Shown: positions 1 to 9,436 of the stretch, in pieces | How the letters are laid out: each line of letters starts with the position of its first letter | How positions within the stretch are numbered: the stretch's first letter is position 1 | IMG/VR virus record: IMGVR_UViG_3300030060_002841 | Coordinates: 14,246 to 78,245 of that record | Direction: 5' to 3' (one strand) | Length of the DNA stretch: 64,000 nt | DNA from: a virus | Notes under the pieces: model-generated | The model's database searches: none | What the model was told of the DNA's origin: nothing | What the model saw: only the letters and a program-made list of their open reading frames with translations | Program-made: the position numbers and the translations under genes

Positions 1-2
1 CA

Positions 3-1394
3 AATATACCTGCTACATGGCGTACAGAATCTACAGAAATAAATCCTATATATGTGGGTATAAATGCAAGAAAGCCAGGTAGATTACAATTTCAATTCAA
101 AGGTGATAATTCTTTATATGGATGCAAGTTACCTATTGAGGGTAGAGTATTTTCAGATAGAAATACAAAGTCAACATCTTTAGTTGATTTAATGAAACCA
201 TATCAAATAGCTTATAATATGGTTAATAATCAAATAGCGGATATACTTGTAGATGAATTAGGTACTGTTATAATGTTTGATCAAAATTCATTACCAAGAC
301 ATTCAATGGGTGAGGATTGGGGTAAGAATAATTTAGCTAAAGCATATGTAGCAATGAAGGATTTTGGTATGATGCCATTAGATACTTCAATTACTAATAC
401 AGAAAATGCTACAAACTTTAATCATTATCAAACATTAAACTTGGAACAAACAGGTAGATTGATGTCAAGAATACAATTAGCTAATCATTTTAAGAACCAA
501 GCGTTTGAAGCTATTGGTGTTAATCAACAAAGATTGGGTCAAGAAATTTCCAGGCAAACGGCAACTGGTGTACAACAAGCAGTACAAGCTTCTTATTCAC
601 AAACAGAAACATATTTTATACAGCATTCAGATAATTTAATGCCTAGAGTACATAAAATGAGAACTGATCTTTCTCAATATTATCATAGTAATGTGCCTAG
701 TGTAAGATTAAATTATATATCAAGTAATGCTGAAAAAGTAAATTTCCAAATAAATGGTACAGATTTATTGATGAGAGATTTTAATATTTTCTGTACAACA
801 AGAACAAATCATAGAGCTATATTAGATCAATTAAAACAATTAGCAATGACTAATAACACATCAGGTGCTAGTATTTATGATCTTGGAAATATAATCAAAG
901 CAGATTCAATTGCAGAAGTATCTGATATACTTAAAGATTCTGAAGCTAAACAACAACAGCAACAACAAGCACAAATGCAATCTCAAGAGAAAATGCAACA
1001 AGAACAAATTGCAGCTCAAAAAGAACAGCAAGAAGCAGAAAGAGCATTTAGAGTAGAAGAAGCAGAGAAAGAAAGACAAAAAGATCTTATGGTTGCTGAG
1101 ATACGTGCAGCTGGCTATGGAGCACAAACAGATCTTGATCAAAATCAGATGAGTGACTTTAGAGATAGCATGAAAGAGATAAGACAAACTGAGCAATATA
1201 GAGAGCAAATGGACTTTAAAAAGGATGAATCTTTAAGAAGACAATCTTTAGATAATCAAAAAATGGAAATAGAAAGAGAAAAGATGATGAATCAAAGAGA
1301 TATTGCAAATACACAATTAGAAATTGCTAGGGAAAATAAAAATAAATATGATGATCCTAAACCAAAAGAAAGGAAAAAGGGAGGAGAAAAATAA
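3..1394 (+). CDS. Portal protein, C-terminal part (5' end outside window)
   Basis: The frame is open from position 3 (NIPATWRTESTEINPIYVG...), so the GTG at 54 is internal. KLPIEG...SLVDLMKPYQIAYNMVNNQIADILVDELG resembles crAss-like portals as I recall them. A long Q/E/K coiled-coil C-terminus fits a portal barrel, and it lies just upstream of scaffold and MCP. Confidence 0.8.
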   Translation, partial: NIPATWRTESTEINPIYVGINARKPGRLQFQFKGDNSLYGCKLPIEGRVFSDRNTKSTSLVDLMKPYQIAYNMVNNQIADILVDELGTVIMFDQNSLPRHSMGEDWGKNNLAKAYVAMKDFGMMPLDTSITNTENATNFNHYQTLNLEQTGRLMSRIQLANHFKNQAFEAIGVNQQRLGQEISRQTATGVQQAVQASYSQTETYFIQHSDNLMPRVHKMRTDLSQYYHSNVPSVRLNYISSNAEKVNFQINGTDLLMRDFNIFCTTRTNHRAILDQLKQLAMTNNTSGASIYDLGNIIKADSIAEVSDILKDSEAKQQQQQQAQMQSQEKMQQEQIAAQKEQQEAERAFRVEEAEKERQKDLMVAEIRAAGYGAQTDLDQNQMSDFRDSMKEIRQTEQYREQMDFKKDESLRRQSLDNQKMEIEREKMMNQRDIANTQLEIARENKNKYDDPKPKERKKGGEK

Positions 1395-1460
1395 ACTTAG
1401 CTATATACTAGCATAAATTTAAAATTTTAAAAAAATTTTTTAGGTTTATTAAAAATATTA

Positions 1461-1481
1461 TATTTATATTATATATGTATA
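1461..1481 (+). promoter_or_regulatory. Putative phage promoter (TATATTAT motif copy)
   Basis: tattTATATTATatatgtat, 30 nt upstream of ATG 1502; the same core recurs in 8 other intergenic gaps. Confidence 0.5.
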
Positions 1482-1501
1482 ACTATTAAAACCAATTTGT
1501 T

Positions 1502-2779
1502 ATGGCTGATAAAACCGTTGAAACCAAAGTTGAACAAGTAGATGTCAACATAGATGAAATATTTTCTGGAGCACCTGGAGGAGACTCTATAACACTACCA
1601 GAAGAAGAAAAGAAACCAAACATATTTAGCAGAAAGGAACCAGTAGATATGGGTTTTGTTGATGAACCTGCTAAAGAAGAAAAAGAAGAAGAAGTTAAGG
1701 AGGAAGTAGAAGAAGAAGTAGAGAGTAAAGAAGAAGCTCCTAAAGAAGAAAAAAAGATAGAACCTAAAGAAGAAGTTGATGTTGATGCGGTTTTAGGTTT
1801 AAAAGAAGAAACGGAAGAGGCTGAAACAAAAAAGCCTGGAAGAAAGAAAATAGAAGGAATAGCTGATGTATTTTCAAAGCTTATAAAAGAAGAAAAGATA
1901 TTAGGTTTTGATGATGAAAAAGATTTAAATGAATATTCGGCTAAAGATTGGGAAGAATTAATTCATGCTAATTTGCAAGAAAAAGCAAATCAAGCAAGAA
2001 GAGAAACTCCTCAAAAGTTCTTTGAAAGTTTGCCACAAGAGCTTCAGTTAGCAGCAAGATATGTTGCTGATGGAGGTACAGACCTTAAAGGTTTATTTAG
2101 AACTTTATCACAAGTTGAAGAAACTAAAGATTTAGATCCAAAAACTGAAAAGGGACAAGAAACAATAATTAGAGAATATCTAACTGCAACAGGTTATGGT
2201 GATGCTGAAGAGATAAATGAAGAAATAGAAGTTTGGAAAGATTTAGGAAAATTACAAAAACAAGCTAATAAGTTTAAACCTAAGTTAGATAAAATGCAAG
2301 AGAAGGTTGTTGAGAAGAAATTAAAGGAGCAAGAGTTAAAAAAGAAACAACAACAACAAGCATCTCAAAATTATATGAAAAACGTTTATGATACGTTAAA
2401 AGGTGGAAAGGTAGGAGAGACAAAGATAGATAGAAAAACACAATCTTTGTTATATAACGGTTTAGTTAATCCAGCATATCCATCTATAACAGGTCAAAAT
2501 ACAAACCTGTTAGGACACTTGTTAGAGAAGTACCAGTTTGTTGAACCAAACTATCCTTTAATAGCAGAAGCATTATGGTTGTTAGCAGATCCAAAAGGAT
2601 TTAAAAATAAATTAATGCAAAAGGGTGAGGTTAAAGCAGTAGAAAAAACAGTTAGAAAATTAAAGACTGCTCAAGCTCAAAAAGGAAATGCTTCAACAGG
2701 TATTGTAGAAAAAGAAAGCACACGGTCAGCTTCAAGAAAGAAGTTGCCGAGACAACAAAATATATTTAAGAGGTTTTAA
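1502..2779 (+). CDS. Putative capsid scaffolding/assembly protein
   Basis: Very acidic low-complexity N-terminus, helical/coiled-coil body, basic C-terminal tail (RKKLPRQQNIFKRF); lies between portal and MCP. Confidence 0.55.
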   Translation: MADKTVETKVEQVDVNIDEIFSGAPGGDSITLPEEEKKPNIFSRKEPVDMGFVDEPAKEEKEEEVKEEVEEEVESKEEAPKEEKKIEPKEEVDVDAVLGLKEETEEAETKKPGRKKIEGIADVFSKLIKEEKILGFDDEKDLNEYSAKDWEELIHANLQEKANQARRETPQKFFESLPQELQLAARYVADGGTDLKGLFRTLSQVEETKDLDPKTEKGQETIIREYLTATGYGDAEEINEEIEVWKDLGKLQKQANKFKPKLDKMQEKVVEKKLKEQELKKKQQQQASQNYMKNVYDTLKGGKVGETKIDRKTQSLLYNGLVNPAYPSITGQNTNLLGHLLEKYQFVEPNYPLIAEALWLLADPKGFKNKLMQKGEVKAVEKTVRKLKTAQAQKGNASTGIVEKESTRSASRKKLPRQQNIFKRF

Positions 2780-2823
2780 TATATTAATTAATTAGTAATA
2801 ACAAATAAAAATAAGTTTAAATT

Positions 2824-4443
2824 ATGGCAACTCCAGTTTTAAATAATGGCTTGTTTCTCAGGGATACAAACTATAATGCGAGTTCACATGTTGATTCTTA
2901 TCACTTAACTCAAATGCTTGGTTCTACTGAACCAATGGATATGGGTCCTATTGATATTTGGGCTATGGCTCAAAAGGTAGAAATGCCTTTATATCAATTA
3001 GCGTCATTTGGTGGAAAGAATACAATCATGGTGGATAACGCACGTGGTGAGTATAAATGGCAAACGGCTGTTAATCAAGATTTGCCCTACGTAGTAAAAG
3101 ATTTAGAATCTGGTGCTGTAGGTGCAGATGGTTTAAAGTTCACCATAATGTTCAACAAACGTGAGTTTGGACATGGTGATATAATTACTTATGACAAGTA
3201 CAATGGTGTAGAGCTTTACATTACTGCTGATGATATAGTACCAGCAGGTGATGGATTTATCTATACTGTTCAACTTGTTAATAATTCAAATACTGCTACG
3301 TTAGCTGCTAAATACCGAACTGTAGGTACTAAGTACTTCAGAAAAGGTTCAGCACGTGGTGAGTATGGTGAAAGATTCTCAGATCTTACAACTCAACATG
3401 GTTTTAGAGAATTCTATAACTTTGTTGGTGGAGCGGAAGCACATGTTCACTATTCTATTTCTTCTAGAGCAGACTTAATGCTTAAAGGAGGAATGAATGC
3501 TGATGGTACTGTTCCTGTTACAGAGATTTGGAGATCTTTTGATAAAAACATTGATCCTTCTGTTTCTTCATTAGAAAGTATGGTTGAGATTATGGGTAAA
3601 GACTATGTAAAGAGAGCATTTGATAATGGTAATCTTTCTAGAACTTTCCTTACTAATCTAGAAGCTTCACATCTTTCTAAGGTTGCTTCTGACATTGAGA
3701 CATACTTAATGTGGGGACATGGAGGTAGAGTGAAACAAGATGGACCGGATGACATTAGAATGTCTGTTGGTCTTTGGAAGCAATTAGATAATTCATACAA
3801 ACGTGTTTATAATAAAGGAAGCTTTAGCTTAGATATGTTTAAGAATGAGTTATATAATTTCTACCAAGGTAAAGTTGAATTAGAAGGACCAGATCCAAAG
3901 CGTACAATTGTTGTACAAACTGGTATTGGTGGTATGCAAATGGTTAACAAAGCTATCTCTTCTGATGTAACTAATTCACTTGGATCTAACTATGTTATTA
4001 ATGCTGAGCAGAACGGTATTGTTACAGGTTCTGGAATGGACTTAGGATATGGATTTGCGTTCACATCTTTTGTAATTCCATTCTTAGCAAACTGTCAGTT
4101 TGTTCTGAATCCTGCATTTGATAACTTACATACTAATGATATTGAGAATCCAATGGTAGACGGACGTCCATTAAGTTCTTATTCATTTATAATCTTTGAT
4201 GTAACTGATGAAGGTAATGACAATATTCACTTATTGAAACTTTCATGGGATAATCAATTAAAGTGGTTCTATCAAAATGGAACTATGGATTATATGGGAA
4301 GAACTCAAGGATTTGCTTCTTCTGGTAACTTCAATGGGTATAGAGTTTATATGACTCAAACCATGCCTGCTGTATGGGTAAAAGACCCGACTAAAGTCTT
4401 GAAGATTGTTATGAAGAATCCAGTTACTGGAGGTTCATTCTAA
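2824..4443 (+). CDS. Major capsid protein (crAss-like, HK97 fold)
   Basis: 539 aa; size, position, strong downstream terminator and codon usage suggesting high expression (ttc, aac, cgt). ETYLMWG..G, GLWKQL and the C-terminal VWVKDPT fit crAss-like MCPs. Confidence 0.85.
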   Translation: MATPVLNNGLFLRDTNYNASSHVDSYHLTQMLGSTEPMDMGPIDIWAMAQKVEMPLYQLASFGGKNTIMVDNARGEYKWQTAVNQDLPYVVKDLESGAVGADGLKFTIMFNKREFGHGDIITYDKYNGVELYITADDIVPAGDGFIYTVQLVNNSNTATLAAKYRTVGTKYFRKGSARGEYGERFSDLTTQHGFREFYNFVGGAEAHVHYSISSRADLMLKGGMNADGTVPVTEIWRSFDKNIDPSVSSLESMVEIMGKDYVKRAFDNGNLSRTFLTNLEASHLSKVASDIETYLMWGHGGRVKQDGPDDIRMSVGLWKQLDNSYKRVYNKGSFSLDMFKNELYNFYQGKVELEGPDPKRTIVVQTGIGGMQMVNKAISSDVTNSLGSNYVINAEQNGIVTGSGMDLGYGFAFTSFVIPFLANCQFVLNPAFDNLHTNDIENPMVDGRPLSSYSFIIFDVTDEGNDNIHLLKLSWDNQLKWFYQNGTMDYMGRTQGFASSGNFNGYRVYMTQTMPAVWVKDPTKVLKIVMKNPVTGGSF

Positions 4444-4454
4444 TATGTACTGAA

Positions 4455-4488
4455 TTTGAAAGGGGGATCTTAGTATCCCTCTTTTAAA
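4455..4488 (+). terminator. Rho-independent terminator after MCP
   Basis: Stem AAAGGGGGAT / ATCCCTCTTT (one G-U), loop CTTAGT, T-rich tail. Confidence 0.75.
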
Positions 4489-4524
4489 TTTTAATAAACT
4501 AATAATAATTAAAAACCTTTTAAA

Positions 4525-5637
4525 ATGGCAAAGAAAAAAACTAAAACTAAAGATGTAGAAGCTGTACAATCAATTGAAGAAGTTATAGAAACAGTTGAGC
4601 AAAAAGAAACAGTTGAACAAAAAGAAACAAGAGCTACAACTCTTATGGAAAAATATGGTTTGGATAAAGAACAAACCATTGCAATAAGACCTTATTTTGA
4701 TCCTAATTTTGAAAACATGGGATTAGAAAATTATGGGATGACACTACATGAAGGTGTTTATCACGTTGAAGAAATGTCTTGTTTAGAAATAAATGGAGTA
4801 AAGAGATACGTAACAGGTCTTAATGAGTTTGCTCCAGAAGTAAAAATGCTACCTCCTAAAGAAAGAGAAGCAAGAGTAGGACAGATAAGAGGTGCTGTAG
4901 CACAGTTAGAAGCTGAGTTAGCATCTAACATTATAGATCCAAAGGATCCTGATTTTTGGAATAATGTAAGATTACTTAAACCAGATAATGATACTCTTTG
5001 GAGTAAGATTACCTTAAAGTTAAGTAACGAACCTGTTTACTTAGATCCTAAAACAGATCCTTATGATTTAATAAAAATATTTAGTATTCAGGCTGGAGGT
5101 TTTTCAATGGTTGCTAAAAATTTAAATGAAGCAAAGACAGATGATAAAAAGAAATTTTATCTTGACAAAATTGAAGAAACTGCAAATACTAGAACTGAAG
5201 GTACTAAATTAAGAAATAGAGCACTAGCTGCATTACAAAACTTGTATGATACAAATCCTACAAAAATGTTTTATGTAGCTAAAGTTATAGATGTTGGTAG
5301 TACACAGTATGTTCATTCAACACCAAATGATATAATATATGAAAACATGGATGATTATATTATAGGACAAGGTCAAGAAAGAAATTCTGAGACAGCCGCT
5401 AAGAACTTTTTAAAAGTTTCTAGAGACAATTTGCAAACATTAAAAATTACAGCATTAGTTAAAGATGCTAATTTTTATAACTTTTTAACTAGTGAACAAG
5501 GCTTTATTAAGGATGCTATGAGTGGTACTAAGTTGGGTAGAACAACTGAACAAGTTATTGAATATTTAATGGATCCTTTAAATGAAGAGATATTAAATAA
5601 TTTATTAATGAAAGTTGAAAAATATTGGAATAGCTAA
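4525..5637 (+). CDS. Conserved crAss-like capsid-module protein following MCP, function unknown
   Basis: 370-aa ORF; position after MCP matches the conserved crAss gene block; contains the DFWNN...TLW motif. Confidence 0.5.
   Translation: MAKKKTKTKDVEAVQSIEEVIETVEQKETVEQKETRATTLMEKYGLDKEQTIAIRPYFDPNFENMGLENYGMTLHEGVYHVEEMSCLEINGVKRYVTGLNEFAPEVKMLPPKEREARVGQIRGAVAQLEAELASNIIDPKDPDFWNNVRLLKPDNDTLWSKITLKLSNEPVYLDPKTDPYDLIKIFSIQAGGFSMVAKNLNEAKTDDKKKFYLDKIEETANTRTEGTKLRNRALAALQNLYDTNPTKMFYVAKVIDVGSTQYVHSTPNDIIYENMDDYIIGQGQERNSETAAKNFLKVSRDNLQTLKITALVKDANFYNFLTSEQGFIKDAMSGTKLGRTTEQVIEYLMDPLNEEILNNLLMKVEKYWNS
4587..4629 (+). repeat. 18-bp in-frame tandem duplication (ETVEQK x2.4)
   Basis: agaaacagttgagcaaaa / agaaacagttgaacaaaa / agaaaca. 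Confidence 0.85.
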
Positions 5638-5954
5638 TGTTTATAAAAGTTGAAAAAAGTAATACAGAAATGTATATGCTAGATGTAGAAAGGCTATTAC
5701 AAATTAATAGTCTTTCTAGAACTAGTATAGATTTAATATTTAATGATGCTTCTACACCTGCAACAAATGCTGTTATAGTTATTCAATTAACAATAACAGC
5801 GGATACACGGGATGAAGTAATTAAATGTATAAATACAAATATTGTTAAATCTGCAAAAGAATTTGATTTTCAATATGCATTATGGGATTATAATGATGAT
5901 TCAAGTAGATGTCCTCATATAACAGATATAACTGTAAGTAAAAAATATAAATAA
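5637..5954 (+). CDS. Hypothetical protein
   Basis: 105 aa; TAATG stop/start overlaps with both neighbours suggest translational coupling. Confidence 0.7.
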   Translation: MFIKVEKSNTEMYMLDVERLLQINSLSRTSIDLIFNDASTPATNAVIVIQLTITADTRDEVIKCINTNIVKSAKEFDFQYALWDYNDDSSRCPHITDITVSKKYK

Positions 5955-6841
5955 TGGATAATAATACTTTACAACTTAAGATAAAACAACGTTTAAATAA
6001 GCTAGCTAGTTTTGATTTTGATAATTTAGAGTGTTGGCAAATGATTGAAGCTTTTAATAAAGCTCAAGTATCTTGGTGTAGAAGACAGTTACATGGTACT
6101 AATACACGTGGTGCTGGTGATGAAGCATCTAAAAGGAGAGTTGATGATCTAGAAATATTACTTGTTCATGAACAAATGAATGGTAATGATGTACAATATG
6201 TACCAGTTCCAGTTAATCCTGGAAATCCAAATGAAGGAACTACAAGTGAATTTGGATATTATGAAGTTGATATAGCAGAAATATATGATAATACTTATTT
6301 AGAGTTTAAAAGGATTAAGTGTGAAGCTTTTAATGATTGTTGTGGTAAAGGTTTACCTGTTAATGATGAACCAGAGGTTGATCGTCCACCACCACCACCT
6401 CCTCCTCCTCCTCATGAACTTTATGATCCTTCTACTAATCCAGAAGGAGTTTTAGGATATGCAGGAGATAGATCTATGACAGTATATTTAACAGAAGTTG
6501 CTAATATAGATTTAATACTTAGAGATCCATTGAAGAGACCTGATTTTGAATGGGGTGAAACTGTAGTAACATTACAAAATAAAAAGTTAAGAGTATGGAG
6601 AAGAGATTTTGAAATAGCTACTCCTATAACTTTTATATATTATAGAAAGCCTAGATATATTGAAATAGATGGTTGTATTGATCCTTATACTGGTGAACAA
6701 TCTTTAGAAAATATTGAATGTGAATTTAAGGATGATATTGTAGAAGTTTTAATTGATGACACTTGTGCTATAATAGCTGGTGATATTTCAGATGGAAATC
6801 AGTTTGCTAGAGGTGAAAATCAATCAGAGAAAAATAATTAA
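5954..6841 (+). CDS. Putative tail ring / head-tail connector protein with poly-Pro insertion
   Basis: N-terminal helix with AFNKAQ and C-terminal YYRKP...CEF...VEVLID, an architecture typical of crAss ring proteins; P9 tract at 6386-6412. Confidence 0.6.
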   Translation: MDNNTLQLKIKQRLNKLASFDFDNLECWQMIEAFNKAQVSWCRRQLHGTNTRGAGDEASKRRVDDLEILLVHEQMNGNDVQYVPVPVNPGNPNEGTTSEFGYYEVDIAEIYDNTYLEFKRIKCEAFNDCCGKGLPVNDEPEVDRPPPPPPPPPHELYDPSTNPEGVLGYAGDRSMTVYLTEVANIDLILRDPLKRPDFEWGETVVTLQNKKLRVWRRDFEIATPITFIYYRKPRYIEIDGCIDPYTGEQSLENIECEFKDDIVEVLIDDTCAIIAGDISDGNQFARGENQSEKNN

Positions 6842-6842
6842 T

Positions 6843-6968
6843 ATGCTAGAATTTATTAAGCATGCATTTGGATTATGTGGTGAACCACACCTAAATGTTA
6901 TAACTATTTTAATAAGTACACCTATTATAGGGTATTTTATTTATTATATAAAGAAGTTTATAGTTTGA
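6843..6968 (+). CDS. Small membrane protein (41 aa)
   Basis: MLEFIKHAFGLCGEPHLNVITILISTPIIGYFIYYIKKFIV; the ATG at 6843, 1 nt after the upstream stop, is more plausible than the track's 6780 start. One TM helix and an H-x3-CGExH motif. Confidence 0.55.
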   Translation: MLEFIKHAFGLCGEPHLNVITILISTPIIGYFIYYIKKFIV

Positions 6969-6971
6969 TAA

Positions 6972-6994
6972 TTTTTTGTATATTATATATATAG
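6972..6994 (+). promoter_or_regulatory. Putative phage promoter
   Basis: ttttttgTATATTATatatatag upstream of 7037. Confidence 0.6.
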
Positions 6995-7036
6995 AAACCA
7001 AATTGTTTTATTTATTAATTTTAAAAAATTTAAGTT

Positions 7037-8512
7037 ATGGGTTATTTTAATCACGCTTATCAAAAAGCGTTTTATATGGCAGACCATATAGTAGATAATA
7101 CTAAAGGTCCTGCTGACTTGACTACTGCAGGTGATCTTGCATTAATCAATGTTGATACTTATACTGACATATCTGCTGCTGCTACAATTGCTGCTTACAA
7201 ATGTATACCTGGTGCTACAGAAATATCTGAGTTAACAGGAGCATACATTGCTGCTGCTGATTTACCAGGTGGTGCAGATGAAAGTGGTTACTTTCAAGGA
7301 TCACCAAAGAAATTTTTAATTGCTCAAGGTTCATTTAGAAATGCATCTTCTGCAACAGTTAAAGATATTTTAGGTGGCAATCCTTTACACGGTGGTTATT
7401 TAGAGTCAGTTAAGTCTAAAGATATTCAGTTTAGACATATTAATATGATGAAAGAAATTAACGGTAATGTTGGTACTTCACAAGTTGCAGAAATTGTTGT
7501 AATGTCTGCTGCTAACAATACAAGTTGTTTTCCTTGTGGATCTAGTCCACAATTACGTATTGACATCAAAGGTGCTGATGCACTAAGATTGTTAGGGCAT
7601 AATGCTTACAGAAATGTAATGTTTAGTGCTAAATGTGATTGTTGTAATGCTGCAGGTGGTGGTACAGCTGCTAATGCTTACTTGGATGTTAAGAAAGTAG
7701 TTAATGAATGGGCAAAAGAAATTGCTAGAGATCCAATTTTATCAAAAATGATAGATACAACTCAAGCAGACTTTTTCTCAGTAACAACAAACACTGGTGG
7801 TGCTTGGACAGATTATGCAATTAGTACAGCTAATAATACAGCTACATCTGCATATGATTCTGTAGCATGTGAAACTGCTTGGGATGCAGCTGATGGTGCA
7901 AGACTAAAGTTATACATGGGTGTTGTAGATACTACATTTGGAACATGTTCATTTGATACTAGAGACTGGTCTAATGTTGAACCATTATTAGTACACGCTG
8001 ATATTCTTGATGATTCAGGAGATACTTGTGATATTTGTGAAAATGAAGAAATATTACTAACAGGTGATACTGTAAACAATGGTGTTGATCCAACTGCTAA
8101 TGGTAAACTATTATTTAGATATAATGGTACTGCTACTGGTGGTGATCCAGCTACTGAGTCTGTTGCTCCTGTTCAAGAAATGGGTAATGGTGTTAAAGCA
8201 TTGAATGACATTCTATTAACTGAAAATTATAGACAGAATCCATTTAGCCAAGGTGCTAGTAATTCTTCTAGAATTAGAGAGATAGAAGGTTCTAAAGATG
8301 TTTTAGACACATTTAGTTCAACTGCAAATTATTATCAGTTTAAACTACAGCACGTTGTGCCAAGGTTTAACAATCCTTCTGGTATGTTTGATAATGATCA
8401 ATATTTGTATACTATCTATGCATTAGATGGTAATGCTGCAGATATTGGAACATTATCTGACATGTTTGATAGGATTGCGTTGCACGCGGGTGTAACCAAT
8501 GAGACTGTATAA
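7037..8512 (+). CDS. Abundant virion structural protein (auxiliary capsid/decoration-like)
   Basis: 491 aa, Ala/Gly/Thr-rich, beta-rich; has its own promoter motif and terminator, consistent with high expression; position matches the crAss auxiliary capsid protein. Confidence 0.55.
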   Translation: MGYFNHAYQKAFYMADHIVDNTKGPADLTTAGDLALINVDTYTDISAAATIAAYKCIPGATEISELTGAYIAAADLPGGADESGYFQGSPKKFLIAQGSFRNASSATVKDILGGNPLHGGYLESVKSKDIQFRHINMMKEINGNVGTSQVAEIVVMSAANNTSCFPCGSSPQLRIDIKGADALRLLGHNAYRNVMFSAKCDCCNAAGGGTAANAYLDVKKVVNEWAKEIARDPILSKMIDTTQADFFSVTTNTGGAWTDYAISTANNTATSAYDSVACETAWDAADGARLKLYMGVVDTTFGTCSFDTRDWSNVEPLLVHADILDDSGDTCDICENEEILLTGDTVNNGVDPTANGKLLFRYNGTATGGDPATESVAPVQEMGNGVKALNDILLTENYRQNPFSQGASNSSRIREIEGSKDVLDTFSSTANYYQFKLQHVVPRFNNPSGMFDNDQYLYTIYALDGNAADIGTLSDMFDRIALHAGVTNETV

Positions 8513-8532
8513 TACTTAGTGTTCTTATACTT

Positions 8533-8565
8533 AAGAAGGGGTAGAGTAAATTCTACCCCTTTTTT
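8533..8565 (+). terminator. Rho-independent terminator
   Basis: AAGGGGTAGAG-taaa-TTCTACCCCTT followed by a T run. Confidence 0.85.
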
Positions 8566-8583
8566 ATTTCTATATAGTTAATA

Positions 8584-8606
8584 TTTTTTGTATATTATCT
8601 ATATAG
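8584..8606 (+). promoter_or_regulatory. Putative phage promoter
   Basis: ttttttgTATATTATctatatag upstream of 8629. Confidence 0.6.
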
Positions 8607-8628
8607 ATTTATATAAATAACAGATATA

Positions 8629-9180
8629 ATGGCCGCTGAACATATATTAAGCTTAGAAATTCCTTTAGTTGCAAACAAAAAAATATTTACTATTTCTGAT
8701 ACAAGTAGTTATGCAAGTGCTATGGGTGTTAATGATCCAGAGTTACTAATATTACCTCCTGGTTTTAGTTCTCCTGCATCAATCATGGTTGGTGCTGGTT
8801 TCAATATAAACTTTGATGCTTGTGATTTAGGATTACAAACTCAAAATTGTGATACACAACAAGATGATCTTCCTGATGGAATATATGTTGTTAGATATAG
8901 AGTACAACCACATGATAAAGCTTATGTTGAATATAATCATTTAAGAGTAAGTAATATTCTAGCTAAGTATTATGATAAGTTATGTCAGCTAGATATAACT
9001 CCTTGTGAACCTACATCTGATAAAAAGTTTATGATATCTGAATTAAAGTATGTTAGAACTATGATAGATGCAGCAATAGCAAAAGTAGAATATTGTCATA
9101 GTCCTATGGAAGGAATGAATCTATATAATTTTGCTTTAAAGAAATTAAATAAAATAACTTGTGATTCTTGTTGTAAATAA
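8629..9180 (+). CDS. Putative tail hub/structural protein
   Basis: 183 aa; Ig-like N-half (ISDTSSY...LPDGIYVVRY), helical C-half ending CDSCCK; position in the structural module. Confidence 0.5.
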   Translation: MAAEHILSLEIPLVANKKIFTISDTSSYASAMGVNDPELLILPPGFSSPASIMVGAGFNINFDACDLGLQTQNCDTQQDDLPDGIYVVRYRVQPHDKAYVEYNHLRVSNILAKYYDKLCQLDITPCEPTSDKKFMISELKYVRTMIDAAIAKVEYCHSPMEGMNLYNFALKKLNKITCDSCCK

Positions 9181-9182
9181 TA

Positions 9183-9362
9183 ATGGCTTCTACTGATCAA
9201 AATATAATAAAGAAAATAGAAATTAATCAAAAATTTGCTGATTACGTTTATAAAGATTTTTCTGCCAGAAGGTTTGGAATAACTTCTTGTTGTAGTTTGG
9301 ATCAATTAGAAAGTGCTATTATAAAAAAGGAACTGTGTGATTGGCAGGATCTCAAGGAGTAA
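9183..9362 (+). CDS. Small protein (59 aa) missed by the ORF track
   Basis: MASTDQNIIKKIEINQKFADYVYKDFSARRFGITSCCSLDQLESAIIKKELCDWQDLKE*; ATG 2 nt after the upstream stop, fills the gap on the coding strand, and has a CC motif like its neighbours. Confidence 0.75.
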   Translation: MASTDQNIIKKIEINQKFADYVYKDFSARRFGITSCCSLDQLESAIIKKELCDWQDLKE

Positions 9363-9367
9363 ACAAC

Positions 9368-9407
9368 TTGGTTGTTAATAAATAAAATTGTATATTATAG
9401 TATATAC
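9368..9407 (+). promoter_or_regulatory. Putative phage promoter with Bacteroidota-like spacing
   Basis: TTG (9368-9370), 20 nt, then TATATTAT (9391-9398), upstream of 9437. Confidence 0.6.
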
Positions 9408-9436
9408 TAAATTAAACTAGTTTAAAAGAAATAAGT

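Noticed and set aside
1412-1450. A/T-only inverted repeats between portal and scaffold
   Set aside because: The sequence is almost purely A/T, so such symmetry is expected by chance.
2774-2790. Possible promoter-motif copy (TATATTAA) upstream of MCP
   Set aside because: It deviates from the consensus (no TTG before, A at the last position) in very AT-rich sequence; MCP may be transcribed from the 1465 promoter.
6780-6842. Track start at 6780 for the small membrane protein
   Set aside because: It overlaps the upstream gene by 62 nt; the ATG at 6843 right after the stop is more parsimonious.
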